Below are positions 1 to 12,074 of a stretch of 64,000 nucleotides of DNA, one piece after another; the first letter of the stretch is position 1; every line of letters starts with the position of its first letter. The stretch is taken from positions 62,001 through 126,000 of the forward strand of contig JAUCBJ010007242.1 of NCBI GenBank assembly GCA_032718475.1, written 5' to 3'. Source of the stretch: Nemertoderma westbladi (Eukaryota; Animalia; Xenacoelomorpha). The position numbers and the translations under genes are program-made. The notes under the pieces were generated by a model, which did not search any database, had not been told where the DNA came from, and saw nothing but the letters and a program-made list of their open reading frames with translations.

Positions 1-2026
1 TATCATCAAGATATCCATCTGTGGTGGTTTTGGTATATACCGTATGATTTAAATCTATTGAGCTAATGATATTTATTTCAGGTTGATCATAATCAGAGGT
101 GCAAATAGCTTTTTTTGATTTAACATTACCTGTAGATGCTAAATGTGTATTATTTATACTATCAAGATCCATAAGATGTTGCAATGCAATTGTATTTCCA
201 TAGCTATTATTTACTGCATAATCTTTTAGCTGTTTTCCATCTATAATTACTGAACAAGGATCTGATAGACTTTGATCAGTAACATTATTCCCCAGCATAT
301 TCGATTTAATTAAGGATTTATCTGCTATTGTTATATTGTTTCCATTTTTAAAATCCAACTTTGAGGTGTCATTAAATAGACCTTCATTGATAATCAACAA
401 ATTGCTGGTATTTGATTGATCATCAATGCTGTCAGTTGGGATATTCTTAGGTATTCCCAATATTCCTTTTGTTAAATTCCTTAATTTTTTGGCTTCTTTT
501 GGTTTATTCTTGGATATTCCTGTTGTTATATTTTTTGATATTCCTGTTAGATTATTCTTTGATGTCCTTGTTGGTTTATTCTTACAAGTTCCTCTTTGTA
601 TTATCTTAATTATTCCTGATGGTTGCTTCAACAATTCTGAAGCTCCTATTGCTTTACTATTCGACATGCATATCCAGGCATTATTGGATGTTCCTGATGG
701 TATATTCTTGGATTTTTTTGTTTCTTTATTCTGTAATATTTGGTGTTGATTATTCTTGGATATTCCTGTTGCTTTGATCTTAGAAGCTGCTGTTTCTGTT
801 ATCATGAATTTTCCATATGGTTTATTCTTGAATACTCCTAGTTGACCATTCTTGAATGTTCCTCTTAGAATTTTCTTGGATGTTCTTGGTGCTTTATTCC
901 TGCATACTCCAGTTTGTACTATTCCCTTTGCTTTATTTTTGCAAGTCCATCTTTCACTAATCTTGATTATCCCTGGTGCTTGCTTCTTGGGTGATGTAGC
1001 TCCTATTGGTTTATTATTTGATATGCATGTTAGGATATTATTGGATATTCCTGTTAGTTTATTCTTGGATCTCACTGCTAGTTTATTTTTGGAAGTTCCT
1101 CTTGGTATTATCTTGAATGTTCTTTGTTTCTTCTTAGATTTTAAGGTCCCTATTGTCATATTTTTGAATAAGTTGACTTTTGATTTATCCTTAGATGATA
1201 TTGTTAGGCTATTATTCAATAGTGCTGCTGTTCGTCTATCATTGTATACATTTCCATATAAAGGCTTTGAAGAATCTCTTGAATAGTCTAGGAATTTATT
1301 ATTAGTGGATTTAACATGCAAATCTATTTTAGATGGAAATGGTTCTAGTACATATTGATCATTTGGTAGCAAAACACTGGAAGTATGTTCAGTAATCTCA
1401 TTCACTTTTGATGCAACAGAATACAATGAATCTGTATCTCTGAAAGGTTGGGGTGTATCCTCAGAAATATTGATGGCATTGTCTATATGATTGTCATATA
1501 GTAATTCTTTATTAAGCTTTGCAATCTCATAATATAGCTTTTTTAGATTATTAATATTATTAGGCTTAAGATTCAAAGTTTCTCTAGTTGTTTCGAATGA
1601 ATGACTAGAATCTGAGTCAACATCATTACCATATTCGTTCATATACTTTTCATCAGCATTAATACTAATCGACTTCTTATTACTTCTTTGTAATGTTAAT
1701 GAATTATTTAATAAAGGTGAAGATGAATCATAATCATGGTCAGAAATGTCTTCTTTCAATATTCTATCTTTAGAATATGCTGTACTTTGGGCTGCAATGG
1801 AACTATGATTTAAATGATTTTCATCTTTATAAATATGTATACTATCTGTGAAGGTCATATCCTCAGCTCCAGTCACTAATAAAACAAGATTATTATAATT
1901 AATTCCAGTTTGAGTAATATGTTCATCTTGAAAATCAGCTGATACCATAGAAGGCAATAATGTTGAGATCGGATATACATCTATTAATTGATCTGCACTA
2001 ATGACTTTCTTAAGACTATCAGCCAT
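1..2026 (-). CDS. Orphan protein, at least 675 aa and 3'-partial (runs off the window); acidic/Ser-rich N-terminus, central basic 8-aa repeat region
   Basis: ATG at 2026-2024 in AAAAATGG context (MADSLKKVISADQLIDVYP...). By manual translation the frame stays open to the window edge (...TKTTTDGYLDD). It is probably missing from the ORF track because there is no stop in the window. The + strand ORFs 426-749 and 852-1286 are its antisense shadows. Confidence 0.75.
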   Translation of the reverse strand, partial: MADSLKKVISADQLIDVYPISTLLPSMVSADFQDEHITQTGINYNNLVLLVTGAEDMTFTDSIHIYKDENHLNHSSIAAQSTAYSKDRILKEDISDHDYDSSSPLLNNSLTLQRSNKKSISINADEKYMNEYGNDVDSDSSHSFETTRETLNLKPNNINNLKKLYYEIAKLNKELLYDNHIDNAINISEDTPQPFRDTDSLYSVASKVNEITEHTSSVLLPNDQYVLEPFPSKIDLHVKSTNNKFLDYSRDSSKPLYGNVYNDRRTAALLNNSLTISSKDKSKVNLFKNMTIGTLKSKKKQRTFKIIPRGTSKNKLAVRSKNKLTGISNNILTCISNNKPIGATSPKKQAPGIIKISERWTCKNKAKGIVQTGVCRNKAPRTSKKILRGTFKNGQLGVFKNKPYGKFMITETAASKIKATGISKNNQHQILQNKETKKSKNIPSGTSNNAWICMSNSKAIGASELLKQPSGIIKIIQRGTCKNKPTRTSKNNLTGISKNITTGISKNKPKEAKKLRNLTKGILGIPKNIPTDSIDDQSNTSNLLIINEGLFNDTSKLDFKNGNNITIADKSLIKSNMLGNNVTDQSLSDPCSVIIDGKQLKDYAVNNSYGNTIALQHLMDLDSINNTHLASTGNVKSKKAICTSDYDQPEINIISSIDLNHTVYTKTTTDGYLDD
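440..1140 (-). repeat. Degenerate 24-nt coding repeat (consensus about xGxSKNKx) inside the orphan CDS
   Basis: Units such as RGTSKNKL, TGISNNIL, TCISNNKP, RGTCKNKP, TRTSKNNL, TGISKNIT and TGISKNKP. A block of about 45 aa recurs about 360 nt apart. Confidence 0.7.
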
Positions 2027-2789
2027 TTTTGGAAACTATATTTCCCAATAGTCGTATATATATATGACATAATAAATATTCATATTTCTATATCGTTGGC
2101 ATTTTCATAATGATCTATATTTTCAATAAACCAGATTAACCACCAGGTCTTTGAGTCATCATATATGAAATCAAACTAACTCTATATTAATTGCAGCTTT
2201 TTGTTTAATATTGTTATCCAAGATACATCCCATTTGTACTAGTAGTAATAGTAATATATATATATAATAATTAATAATGGAAGTGGCACAATTAGAATAT
2301 TCTATTTGGCCAAACATTATGAATAATTTTATTAACAATATGAATTATATAATAATATAATATATACTATATAAATATATTGTATATGCATAAAATTCCA
2401 CCACTGATAATATGCATTTATTTATTCCAAATATAATAGCATATATGTAAGATACTATAAAAAGATACTAAAAATATACTTACTCAAAATTTAATCTAAA
2501 TAAATTATTGCACAAATTTAAATTAGCTTAAAAATATATAGATTATAATCATTAAAATTATTCATATAATAGAATACTATACAACATTCTAATAATAAGA
2601 AAATTAAATTATATAAAATATACATTATGCATGAAATTTAGATATGTAAAAAGAAGTAAATATTGATGAATATGAATGAAATAAAAGGGAAAGGTGGAAT
2701 AATAGGGAATATGAAATTATCTCTCTATCGGTCTATAGCAGGAGGACCTCACTGAGGTGAGGTCGGATTTAGCAGGGAGGGTTCCTAGA

Positions 2790-3125
2790 ACAGTTGTGGC
2801 ACTGACATGCACAATGGCCACCAATAGTGTTTAAACAGGAGAGATGTTGCCCTTGGTTCCTCCATCTTCGAAGCGATCCGGGGACTGTTCTCCAGTAGGA
2901 TCTTTGTACCTTCACTGGCAATGGGGCTGAGTGTCTCGAAAGCGATGGTGCAAAGTTATGATGGTGCTTCAGGTCAGAGTATTTGATTGCCTATATATTT
3001 TCAGCGATGGAAGCAAGCTGCAGCTCCAGCAGAGATTGAACTTGTTGGGAGGTGGGATGGTGCCAGGGTGTCATGGCAGGTGAAATCCCAATCTAGTGGT
3101 TTACCAGTAAACCAAGGTGTAATGA
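2790..3125 (-). mobile_element. Decayed 3' fragment of a CRE-like non-LTR retrotransposon (restriction-like endonuclease region)
   Basis: Minus strand reads TPWFTGKPLDWDFTCHDTLAPSHLPTSSISAGAAA, then after frameshifts IKYSDL...IAFETLSP...EPRATSLLF. This matches the PW..G..WDFTC.DTLAPS...AGAAA...KY...A.ETLG pattern of CRE-clade RLE domains. Confidence 0.65.
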
Positions 3126-3779
3126 CCTCCATTTTAATCTAGTTATTTTAATCAATTGCAGTTCATAAGATTATTGCAGTATTTCTGTTGATGTATGAAG
3201 TGTACCGTACCTCCTGATGAAATTAAAAAGGAAACATAAGAGTATTATCTCAACTGCAACAATAAACCAAGGTACTTTCACTTATTCTGGGTAGCAACAC
3301 TTTTTCACACCGTCAATTAATTATTTAATAAAGTGATACAATATGTTATACACTATCAGTTTAAACATCATACTGAAAGTAGTAGCTTAACACATAAAAT
3401 ATAGAATAAAAATACTTAACAAATGGAAAATAAGAAGAAAATATAATAAATAATAATAATAAATAGCACTATATCCAATGGGCAAGAAAACAAAGACCAG
3501 TGTAGATTGGTTTTGTTCTTAGCTTCATAGACTAGTTAAAATAAAAGGCTAATTTATATTTATGTTATTTTCTTAATCCAACAGAAATAAAGTAAGAAAT
3601 ATATATATATATAACCCTCTACATTACACAATATTATGAAAAAAAATACATAATAAATATGAATAGTGATTATTAATATTTTTTACTTAAGTAATTCATT
3701 TAAGGTGAATAAATGCCAAATAATCTGGCTCATTATTTTGATTCTTTAAAATATAATTATAATGCTCCATCACCATCCA

Positions 3780-4070
3780 AGTACCAGTAGTGGTTAAATC
3801 CATTTCATTGAATTCATATATCTCCTAATGTTATGGGTTTGATCCCTGTATATGGGGTTTGGGCAGTTTTTTTTTGGCAACAAGTTTCAAAGGGACTAGC
3901 CATGGTACATCCATGTCTTGCATCCTTAAATGGTAGATAAATTAGAACTGAAGTTTCCACAGCAGATTATATTTCTGGGAGGACTGCACTGGAAATAAGT
4001 CATCAGACTTTGAGTGTAATCCCTGCCCTAACGGCTGAAGAAAACTTTTACTTAACTTTTACTTTACTTT
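3780..4070 (+). mobile_element. Possible old tRNA-derived SINE
   Basis: A-box-like TAGTGGTTAA near 3788, B-box-like GGTTTGATCCC near 3836, and a (TTTAC)n-like tail at 4046-4070. Only one copy is in the window. Confidence 0.3.
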
Positions 4071-4874
4071 CACAATGGTTCATTGACTATTGAATAACTC
4101 CCTGCCACAGCTAAGTGTGCCAATATTATGCAGCATTTATCAAAATAATGAGTTCAGAACCTGAACCACTAGAACTCTAGTATAAGCACTATGCAGATAT
4201 GTTACTTTTCATAAAGCAGTTATTATAGTTTTCTCTGTTGACTTGGTATTCATGTCATTCCCCATAATTTCATAATTTATGATCATATATTATATATATA
4301 TAATATACAAACGGGGTTCATACATTTGCCACTGGACATACAAATATGAATGTGAAAGCTGTCAGTACAAGAAGCACCATTATCATTCCATCTATGAAAA
4401 CAAGTCATGAAAACATGAAACAATGAAAACATTGAAAACAATGAAAAGTTATGAAAACAAACATGTCATTTATATCTCTCTAAGTCATCACAGATGATGT
4501 ATAGTGTCCAGAAAACAGAATTCTAATTCAGCATATCACGAGGTGCTCAGCACCAAGCACCAGTCAATGCAGGAATGCCTGTGTATTGGGAGATATCCGT
4601 CACTGACTACAATTTGCCTCCTACTATACTGTCTCCAAGGTGGCCATAGATCCTGACGAGGACTGGCAAGGATATAAATATTCATGTTAATTGTGGTATG
4701 GTGGAGGTTGGATTCACAATTTGTTTTAATATAATGGAGATGATAGATAAGAGGCTATTGCCATTATTGTTTTCTTCCAATGCAATCAAGATCAGCATAA
4801 TATTTTGTACTTAGTTTGCTATTATAAGAATTTATCAAACATGGATTTCACAGATCAACAGATTTTCTTGATTC

Positions 4875-5172
4875 ATGGCGCATGGGCACTGAAGGAGAAT
4901 TAAAGACGAGGTCATACCAGATCTACTTTTCTGGCAACCAACAATGGAAAGCATAGCCATGACGATTGGCTATAACATATATAGACCAACTTTAAAGGAA
5001 TACTGAACTTGAGAGAAACGAAATTGCGACAACTATGGAGAATAATCAGGAAGTCTGGAATGATCTCATTCCCACTCTCCGAGTTCGCTCGACCTAGTAG
5101 TAGTTGGAGAATCGGGAAGCCTGGAAGGATCTCAATTCCACTCTCCGAGTTCGCTCAAACTAGTAGTAGTAG
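4875..5172 (+). mobile_element. 5'-truncated RTE-clade LINE (3' end only) with a duplicated terminal unit and a long TSD
   Basis: Encodes a decayed ...GH...KDEVIPDLLFWQPT...ITYIDQL..ELERNEIATTMEN...VRST* followed by a (TAG)n tail, the same family as 34467-35489. It is flanked by an imperfect direct repeat of about 60 bp (4814-4870 and 5171-5230). Confidence 0.8.
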
Positions 5173-8100
5173 TTTGCTATTAATTAAAAGAGTTTATCAA
5201 ACATGGATTTCACAAATCAACAGCTTTTCTTATATTATAAATAGTTGTCCCTTTATCGCAGATTTCTAGTTATTCAGCATCATATGCATATTTCAAACCA
5301 TAACTTCATAAATTATATTTACTTCTTCTACCATTCTAGTTGCCAACTGGCTGACTGGCCAATCCAATTTAGATGATGCTCTGATTTCTCAGTAGCCCAT
5401 ATAGCACCAGCTCTGTGGTGTAAGGGGGGGGGGGGGGGGGGGGGGGCTGTTCCAATATGCAGGATGATTACACTGTCATAAGAGTTGGACACCAGTTCAC
5501 AGTTTCCATCTCTCCTTTGTCAAACAAAAATGCTATCATATTCCTCTATAATGTGAAAGATTACCAGCCATAGAGGAAATGCTAGCATGCATTTTACTTC
5601 AGCATCATGATGAAGTCAATGGCCTTGTTATCCACTCCACAACCAGTGTACCATAGTTGTGCAATATCCTCCTAGTACATCTGTACGTTAGTACCAGTAG
5701 AGCAGTAATATATGCCTTCTTTCTACTCATTCCAACAATATCTGATAATTCCACAATAAAATAAGCAGCAATATTACAGAGAAATATGAATAGGCTATCA
5801 ACATAATGTTCTTATAATTCAGTGTACTGATGCAGTACCGGTACTGACCTATACAGATGTCATTTAGGCCCATATAGTGGAATTGTAGGCTACATAATTT
5901 ACACTCAGGACTGTTGTACTACTGTACTAGAGGAAAGACTGTTTTATCTGACAATAAGGTGTGGGGTGCCAGCATAGGCACCACCGGTATTATAGCAAAT
6001 TTTTTTATCCATATCCTCCACTGAAGTAGGCCTACAACAGTAGGCCTACAACAGTACTCTGTAATACTAGCAGAAATCTGATTCTGGATAAGGTAGGCCT
6101 AGCAACTGCAGTAACTGCTGAACTGTTATACTACTGCACTAAGCCTAGTTTGATGTGGCAAGGTACTGGTTTTACTTTTCAACGTATGCCGTACAGCCGT
6201 ATGTACGTATCCATGTATATGCATATGTATCCAGGTATCATCTATACATTGCATTGAGCGATTTCACATAAGCGTAGGTGAATACTGCTTCCTGATTGGT
6301 CCAGATGAGATACGAGAGAAATGTCATGCAAAACGCTTATGCATCAGCACAGAGCCCTATGCACCATGGGACCGGTAGGCCTACAGTACATACGCAGTTT
6401 AATATGCTAAAAAGCCGAAACAACTGGAAACACATCACAGATACGATTTGGAATACTATTCCCCAGTGGAAGTGGCGTTGCGTAGGGTGGGTGGGGGTGG
6501 TGGTGGGGGCGAGTCGTCCCGGGCGCGCACAGGCCAGAGGGGGGCGAAAAATAAGCCGGAGCCAAGCTTTTAACACTGTACTGTATGTAATTTATTATGT
6601 GTTGTAACCCCTTTTGTTGACCGCACGAAAAATATGTTATTACCAACGATTGTCAGATTGTATATGGATACTCTACTGTATCACATCAACTCAACATCTT
6701 CGCCGAATTATTGCCTTCTGTTACTACTGTAGTTTCTTCCACTCTCTTTCAAATGTATAAATAGTCCTAATAGTTGCCTCTTTCGGAATGGGCAGTGTAT
6801 CACGTAGGGCTTGGAACAACAATGCTATTAACTACCGTTATTTATATCTAGAGCCCATGTCATAAATATTCATTCCAGAAAAAATATATATTTAATTTAA
6901 TAATTCAATTTAATAATGAAACGAATGGGAGCGGCAGCCAATGTCGTAAATATTCCTTCAAGAACATGTATTTATTTAACATGGGGCGTATGCAGTTCAT
7001 TAATGACACAGACAAGGAGACACATACTGTAGTAAATTTAAGGTGAGTTGATTCAATTGGATGTCTGACTCGACGGCTGCGGCTGGGAGTATCCCAGTGA
7101 GCGTATACAATACAATAAGGCTTCCCTTAATAATAGTAATACAATGTAATATATTCTTTATACTGTAGTATTATTTTTCCGTGGCTTGCGTTATGGGCGA
7201 ATAATTACTCAGTTATATTTAGTATTGTAAGTGCGTTGTTAATAATATTCCTTATAATTGTATATCTTTGCGGCTAATATCTTTTACTACTTTAATTACT
7301 TAGTTAATTATTTAACCTATTTTTAATTGATTTATTTGGCTATTTTAATTTCTAAATAATAAAATATCTACAGTATATATAAAATAATTATTTAAAATAA
7401 TTATTTTTCCTTGTCTGTGTGCACTTTTATTTATATGTTCTACATTCTGCAGCACAGCATTATATTTATCATATCTACCTTTTATTGTCGGCAAGTCCGA
7501 ATTCAATTAAATTAAGAATTATTTGTTTACTTTATTTGTTTTTTGAATTATTAACAAAACTTCCTGCAGGTTGTGCGTTATATTTCACCTGGAAACTGCT
7601 AGAAACACCCAGTGTAAATATGGGAAATCTGAAAAGTCTGATTATGATTATTTATGATTATTATGACAATGATTAGCACAAAAAGACTTAAGACAAATAA
7701 GACAAAAGAGGACAACAAGACATCACACAAATACAGACAGTGTTCGCGCTTTTAGACCTTTAACAGTTTAACCTGCTAATTTATATGTCTATTAATACCT
7801 GACAGCCCAATACAGATGAACACAGCCGAAGCCAGTCTAGCGCGGCGAATGACCCACCGGAGGTGGGAGACTGGATTCGATAACAGTGAGAGCCGTAGTA
7901 CACTTTGTATCATTCAATTGATCTTTACTATATAATCTCCAAAAATTATGCTTATTTTCAGTTAAATACTAACAGTTCCTTTCAGGTGCTGCGCTCTAAA
8001 TACTACACAGAGATATGACTTATACTAATTACAACGGGTGGGCATGAGATAACGCAAATGTTTACATACTTTAGGGATGTATTTATTGAACATTCACACT

Positions 8101-8199
8101 CAAACACGGACAGACAATAGTACTGAAACACTCTAATTTGCCAACAGCCACCAATTTTACTTGCGTATAGGGAGAACTTAGCTCACGTACGTTGGGGAC

Positions 8200-8275
8200 T
8201 ATAATAATAATAATAATAATGATGCATTTGTATAGCGCCGAATTTACAACAATAGAAGTATGCTAAGGCGCTTAC
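8200..8275 (-). mobile_element. L2/CR1-group LINE or SINE 3' terminus
   Basis: Minus strand GTAAGCGCC...GGCGCTATACAAAT forms a stem-loop followed by an (ATT)n tail, the typical L2-type 3' end. Confidence 0.5.
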
Positions 8276-9487
8276 GTCACAAGCAATATAACATTAAAAC
8301 TAGCAGTGCAAGTAGTACAGAAATTAAAAATTATAGTCGTCACTAACGATAAAACGTGCAGTTCGAAATGACTAAAAGTTATTACAATCGTTAAAAAGTG
8401 GAACATACAGTACAAATTGATATATATACTCGCCGTAAATGAAACGTACAGTAAAAAATATGTAATAAAAAAATTAATTAGCATAGTTAAAAAGTGTAGT
8501 TGACGGACGTACTGAAACAATAAAAACGAGCGATGGGGTAATAAAATGAACAGAAACACTAAAAAACGCATGAAGAACAAATTAAAAGAAGTTTACAGTT
8601 TTTGGAGAGTTGATTGAATATCTAGAGTTGGAATAAAATAATTAGAGAGTTCATGTTTTGGAGTTTAATTATATGAAACAGTATCAACTCATACAAACCA
8701 CTGTTATTTGAGCTAGGCAATTGTGATTAGTATTCCCCTCCGTTTACCTCAATAAATCATGAAAACCAAGCGATCTACCGGTTATTCGTAAGTATTCTCC
8801 AACTATTCATGAATCCATATGTTACAAATTACAACAGAATATAACAGCATAAATCAGTATAAAAATGCGGTGTTGCGGCAATATCAGACAATCAGTATGT
8901 GTTGCAGTGAATCGGTACACAATACTGCAAAGTTGGAAGTATGAAAATGTATGAAAGTATATGCAAAAGTATATGAAAGTGTAATAGATTTGCGTTCTGT
9001 ATCTTTCTAGCCACTGGTGTTTCTGGGCGCAAAGTCAGGAAGTGTATAAACACTCACACACTGAAGGGCTGCAAGAATATTCTTGCCTCAAGTAGTCCGC
9101 AAAGCATGAATCACATCGAACGCAGTAGAACGTATGGAACATGCAATAACTCCCAACCAGGGACCAGTTACCATGCCATCAACCCGTAACCAATGGATCC
9201 GATAATTCAGGCTATGGGCCATGGGGTGACGTTGGGAGGAAAGTATATTGATTGGATGGTGACTAACAGCGAAGGATGTAAACAAAGGGAATAGTATCAA
9301 ATGACTGGTGATATTGTAATCTGAGTTTCTGTGGGAATGTACGGGAAAGTGTTATACTTAGAATAAACGCTGTAGGGAGTAAGTTTACATTAGTTCATAA
9401 AATACAAAGTTCTTAAGAGTTTTCCAAGGGTTTAGAGTAAGCATCGCATTGTGTAAAATGGGGACATTTTGGCCACAAAAGCTTTAA

Positions 9488-9605
9488 CAGACAGGACAAC
9501 AAGACATCACACAAATACAGACAGTCAGACAGGACGACAAGTCATCACACAAATACAGACAAGACAACAAGACATCAAACAAATACCGACAGTCAGACAG
9601 GACAA
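9488..9605. repeat. Short tandem repeat (GGACAACAAGACATCACACAAATACAGACAG-like, about 3 copies); a further copy lies at 7710-7740
   Basis: Directly visible repeated units. Confidence 0.75.
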
Positions 9606-9761
9606 ATTATTATCAATTAAAAAGTTAAATTTGAGAAGAGTATGTAGTATTAAAATATAATATTCTACTATAATAGAAGAGTAGTATTAATCGAATCCAA
9701 TAAAGTAATTATTGGATTCGAACTCCCATTTTCTTCATCACATCCGGTTCCGATTCCGATA

Positions 9762-12040
9762 TTAAAATGTGTGCGCTGCAGGGGCTATCTTCATCACCTT
9801 GTTGTTTTCCATTACACGAGAAATACAAAGATTATTGAAGTGCATGTAACAATATCCGGGCTTAGTGTGGCTCTTCCCATTGACGGTAAAATGTATATTC
9901 GTCCAAACTTTCACTAACTCGTTATGAGTGGAAGTTATAATTACAGGTATTGCATTTCCTTGCATTGGAAGAGAGACGTGGTATAATTTCTGGAACACGA
10001 ACCAACTCGTTGTCGGTTGTTTTGGGAATAGCTACTAAATGTGTTCTACCGCCCCGGTGAATTTGCGTGGACGATTTTTTACCGGCACCAGGCGCAGAAG
10101 ACAATTTATAAATATTCTTATTGGGATGCTGCATACCATAACCCAATCCAAGTTCATCATAGGTGTTAAGAGTACAGCGAGGCTGCAACAACATGCGAAC
10201 AGATTTCATTCCCTTTGAAGCACAAACAATCACACATGTACCTTATTCCATGTTTCATTTGTTTATAAACCAAATAATGAGATTTCGATTCAGACTGAGA
10301 TCGAACGACAATATACTTATTATGTTCTGCGAGCACATAACCTTCGTCATATATTTTCCTTCCATTTTGTGTAACCGACATTGCCAAGCTCGATCCAATA
10401 CCAGATGCCACTTGATTCAATAAATTTCACAGAATCAAAAAGATTCATTGAATTTTCGGATACAACTTCGCCAGTAATAGTGGTCTCCAAAATGTCGTCA
10501 TCTGTATCTATACTCGTTGAGCATTCGCAAGCATCATCCCCAAACATAACTTCCAACACCAAAACTTCATTAAAGATGAATATATCTTGACAATTACCGT
10601 TATTTGTGGGCGTCGGTATTCCCATTGATCCTGGGACTACTGGAGTTGCCATGGAGACCGGGACCACTGGAGTTGCCATGGAGACAGGGAACACTGGAGT
10701 TGTCATGGGGACCAGGACCGCCGATCTTTCCACTTCCATCACAATGTCCTCAGTGTACAGCGTTTCGTTGTCATACTTCTCTGCAGTGAAACTTTTATTA
10801 AGTAGCTCTTGATTTGCAGACTGGATGTGAGACAAGTATAACCATCTTCGATCAGTTTCGGAAAGATGAAAAAAGTCGCTTTCCTTAAGACAAAGATGTT
10901 GAAATTCATTCTTTAACTTATATTTGCTAGTGGCCAATAATCCACGGACTATGTCTTCTTCCTGAATCTGCTTAAGGCAAACAATCGCGTCGTCAACTGG
11001 TAATCGTTTTGAGAAATCTTTAATTACTCGATTTATTGATTTGTTTGACCGATTGTACAGTACACGATGGTCACGAGAAGGTACGAGTTCAATAGAACAG
11101 TTAGTACGAATTATAGGAAAAATATTTTCAATAAGATATTGAATAATGCAACTATCTAGTTGACTCGTCGTATATCTATCCAAAAGCTCCTTTGATTCGT
11201 GTATAATTTTATCCAAAAGGCCAAAGAAGTTATATCTCACTTCAACGCCAATATATTGACTCCATTCATACCACACATCCGTGCTTTACGTGCAGCATTT
11301 TCCAATAAATGCTCCAAGCCACGAATATGTTGGGCAGAAGGAAACGTCCTTTTCATGGCGTTTATGGCAGCTTCTCCATCTGTGCTATAATACTTTACGT
11401 CATCCGCCAGAGAGGTTTCCCCAAAGAGCAGCAGTCAAATGACGATAACAAGGTTCAGCTCGTGATGGAATTAACCCCCCTGGGCCTAAAATAACTGGGT
11501 CTCCTTCAAAGAATGGAATTCTATAGGTTGTAAAACAACCCCAACAGGATTTGGTAATGTTAAATACCATGTCAATGCCAAGAGTCAATTAATTGGGTAA
11601 TGAAGAAAACATAACAGCTTCTTCCAGCTGGCGATCAGTATATAGTATATACATAAAACCATAATCACTGTATGTACATTCTCTGATAAATTTTACCGTC
11701 TTATCAGCCTTCATCAGTATGATATTAGTATGAGAGTCAGTAATCTTCGAGCGAGACTTGCAATTGGATACATGCTTAGCTGTAACATTTGACTCCAATC
11801 GATCTGCATGCATGATAGATGATTTACCTGCAAGGCCTACTGTACCAGAGTTTATAGCTTTAGCTATTGCTTCAGGCTAAAGATGTTTTGTTAAATCAGT
11901 TTTAACAACATTCAGGACTTGGGAAAGTGAAGCTCCATCCAACGTATGTCGTTTTTTGGAGTTTTCTTCAAGATTCGTATCTGAAATTCGGCGCTTACCA
12001 GATATCACACTTGTTTCATAAAAAAGAAGCTACCTCCTTA
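9762..12040 (-). mobile_element. Decayed Mutator-like (MULE) transposase with a SWIM zinc finger
   Basis: Collinear broken frames carry TLGIDMVFNI...TTYR...PVILGP (first catalytic D) and YYSTDGEAAINAMKRTFPSAQHIRGLEHLLEN (second D plus a degenerate CxxH motif). These are followed by the SWIM motif CDCLCFKGNEICSH and a C-terminal CNTC...YCYMHFNNLC zinc finger. There are multiple stops and frameshifts, and no TIRs were found. Confidence 0.8.
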
Positions 12041-12074
12041 TTAGTGAATGGTAGTCTCCTCTTGGTGATCTGCT

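Noticed and set aside
426-1286. Two hydrophobic + strand ORFs resembling membrane proteins
   Set aside because: They are antisense shadows of the Lys/Asn-rich repeat ORF on the minus strand.
7800-7880. Nested hairpin (CCAGTCT...CCCACC-GGA-GGTGGG-AGACTGG) with GGCGAATG, suggestive of an HDV-like or hammerhead ribozyme
   Set aside because: I could not build the HDV double pseudoknot or an intact CUGANGA/GAAA core on either strand.
9010-9330. Moderately GC-rich stretch with YFPPNVT (pogo-like) and Cys-rich readings
   Set aside because: The motifs are too short and all frames are interrupted, so no assignment can be supported.
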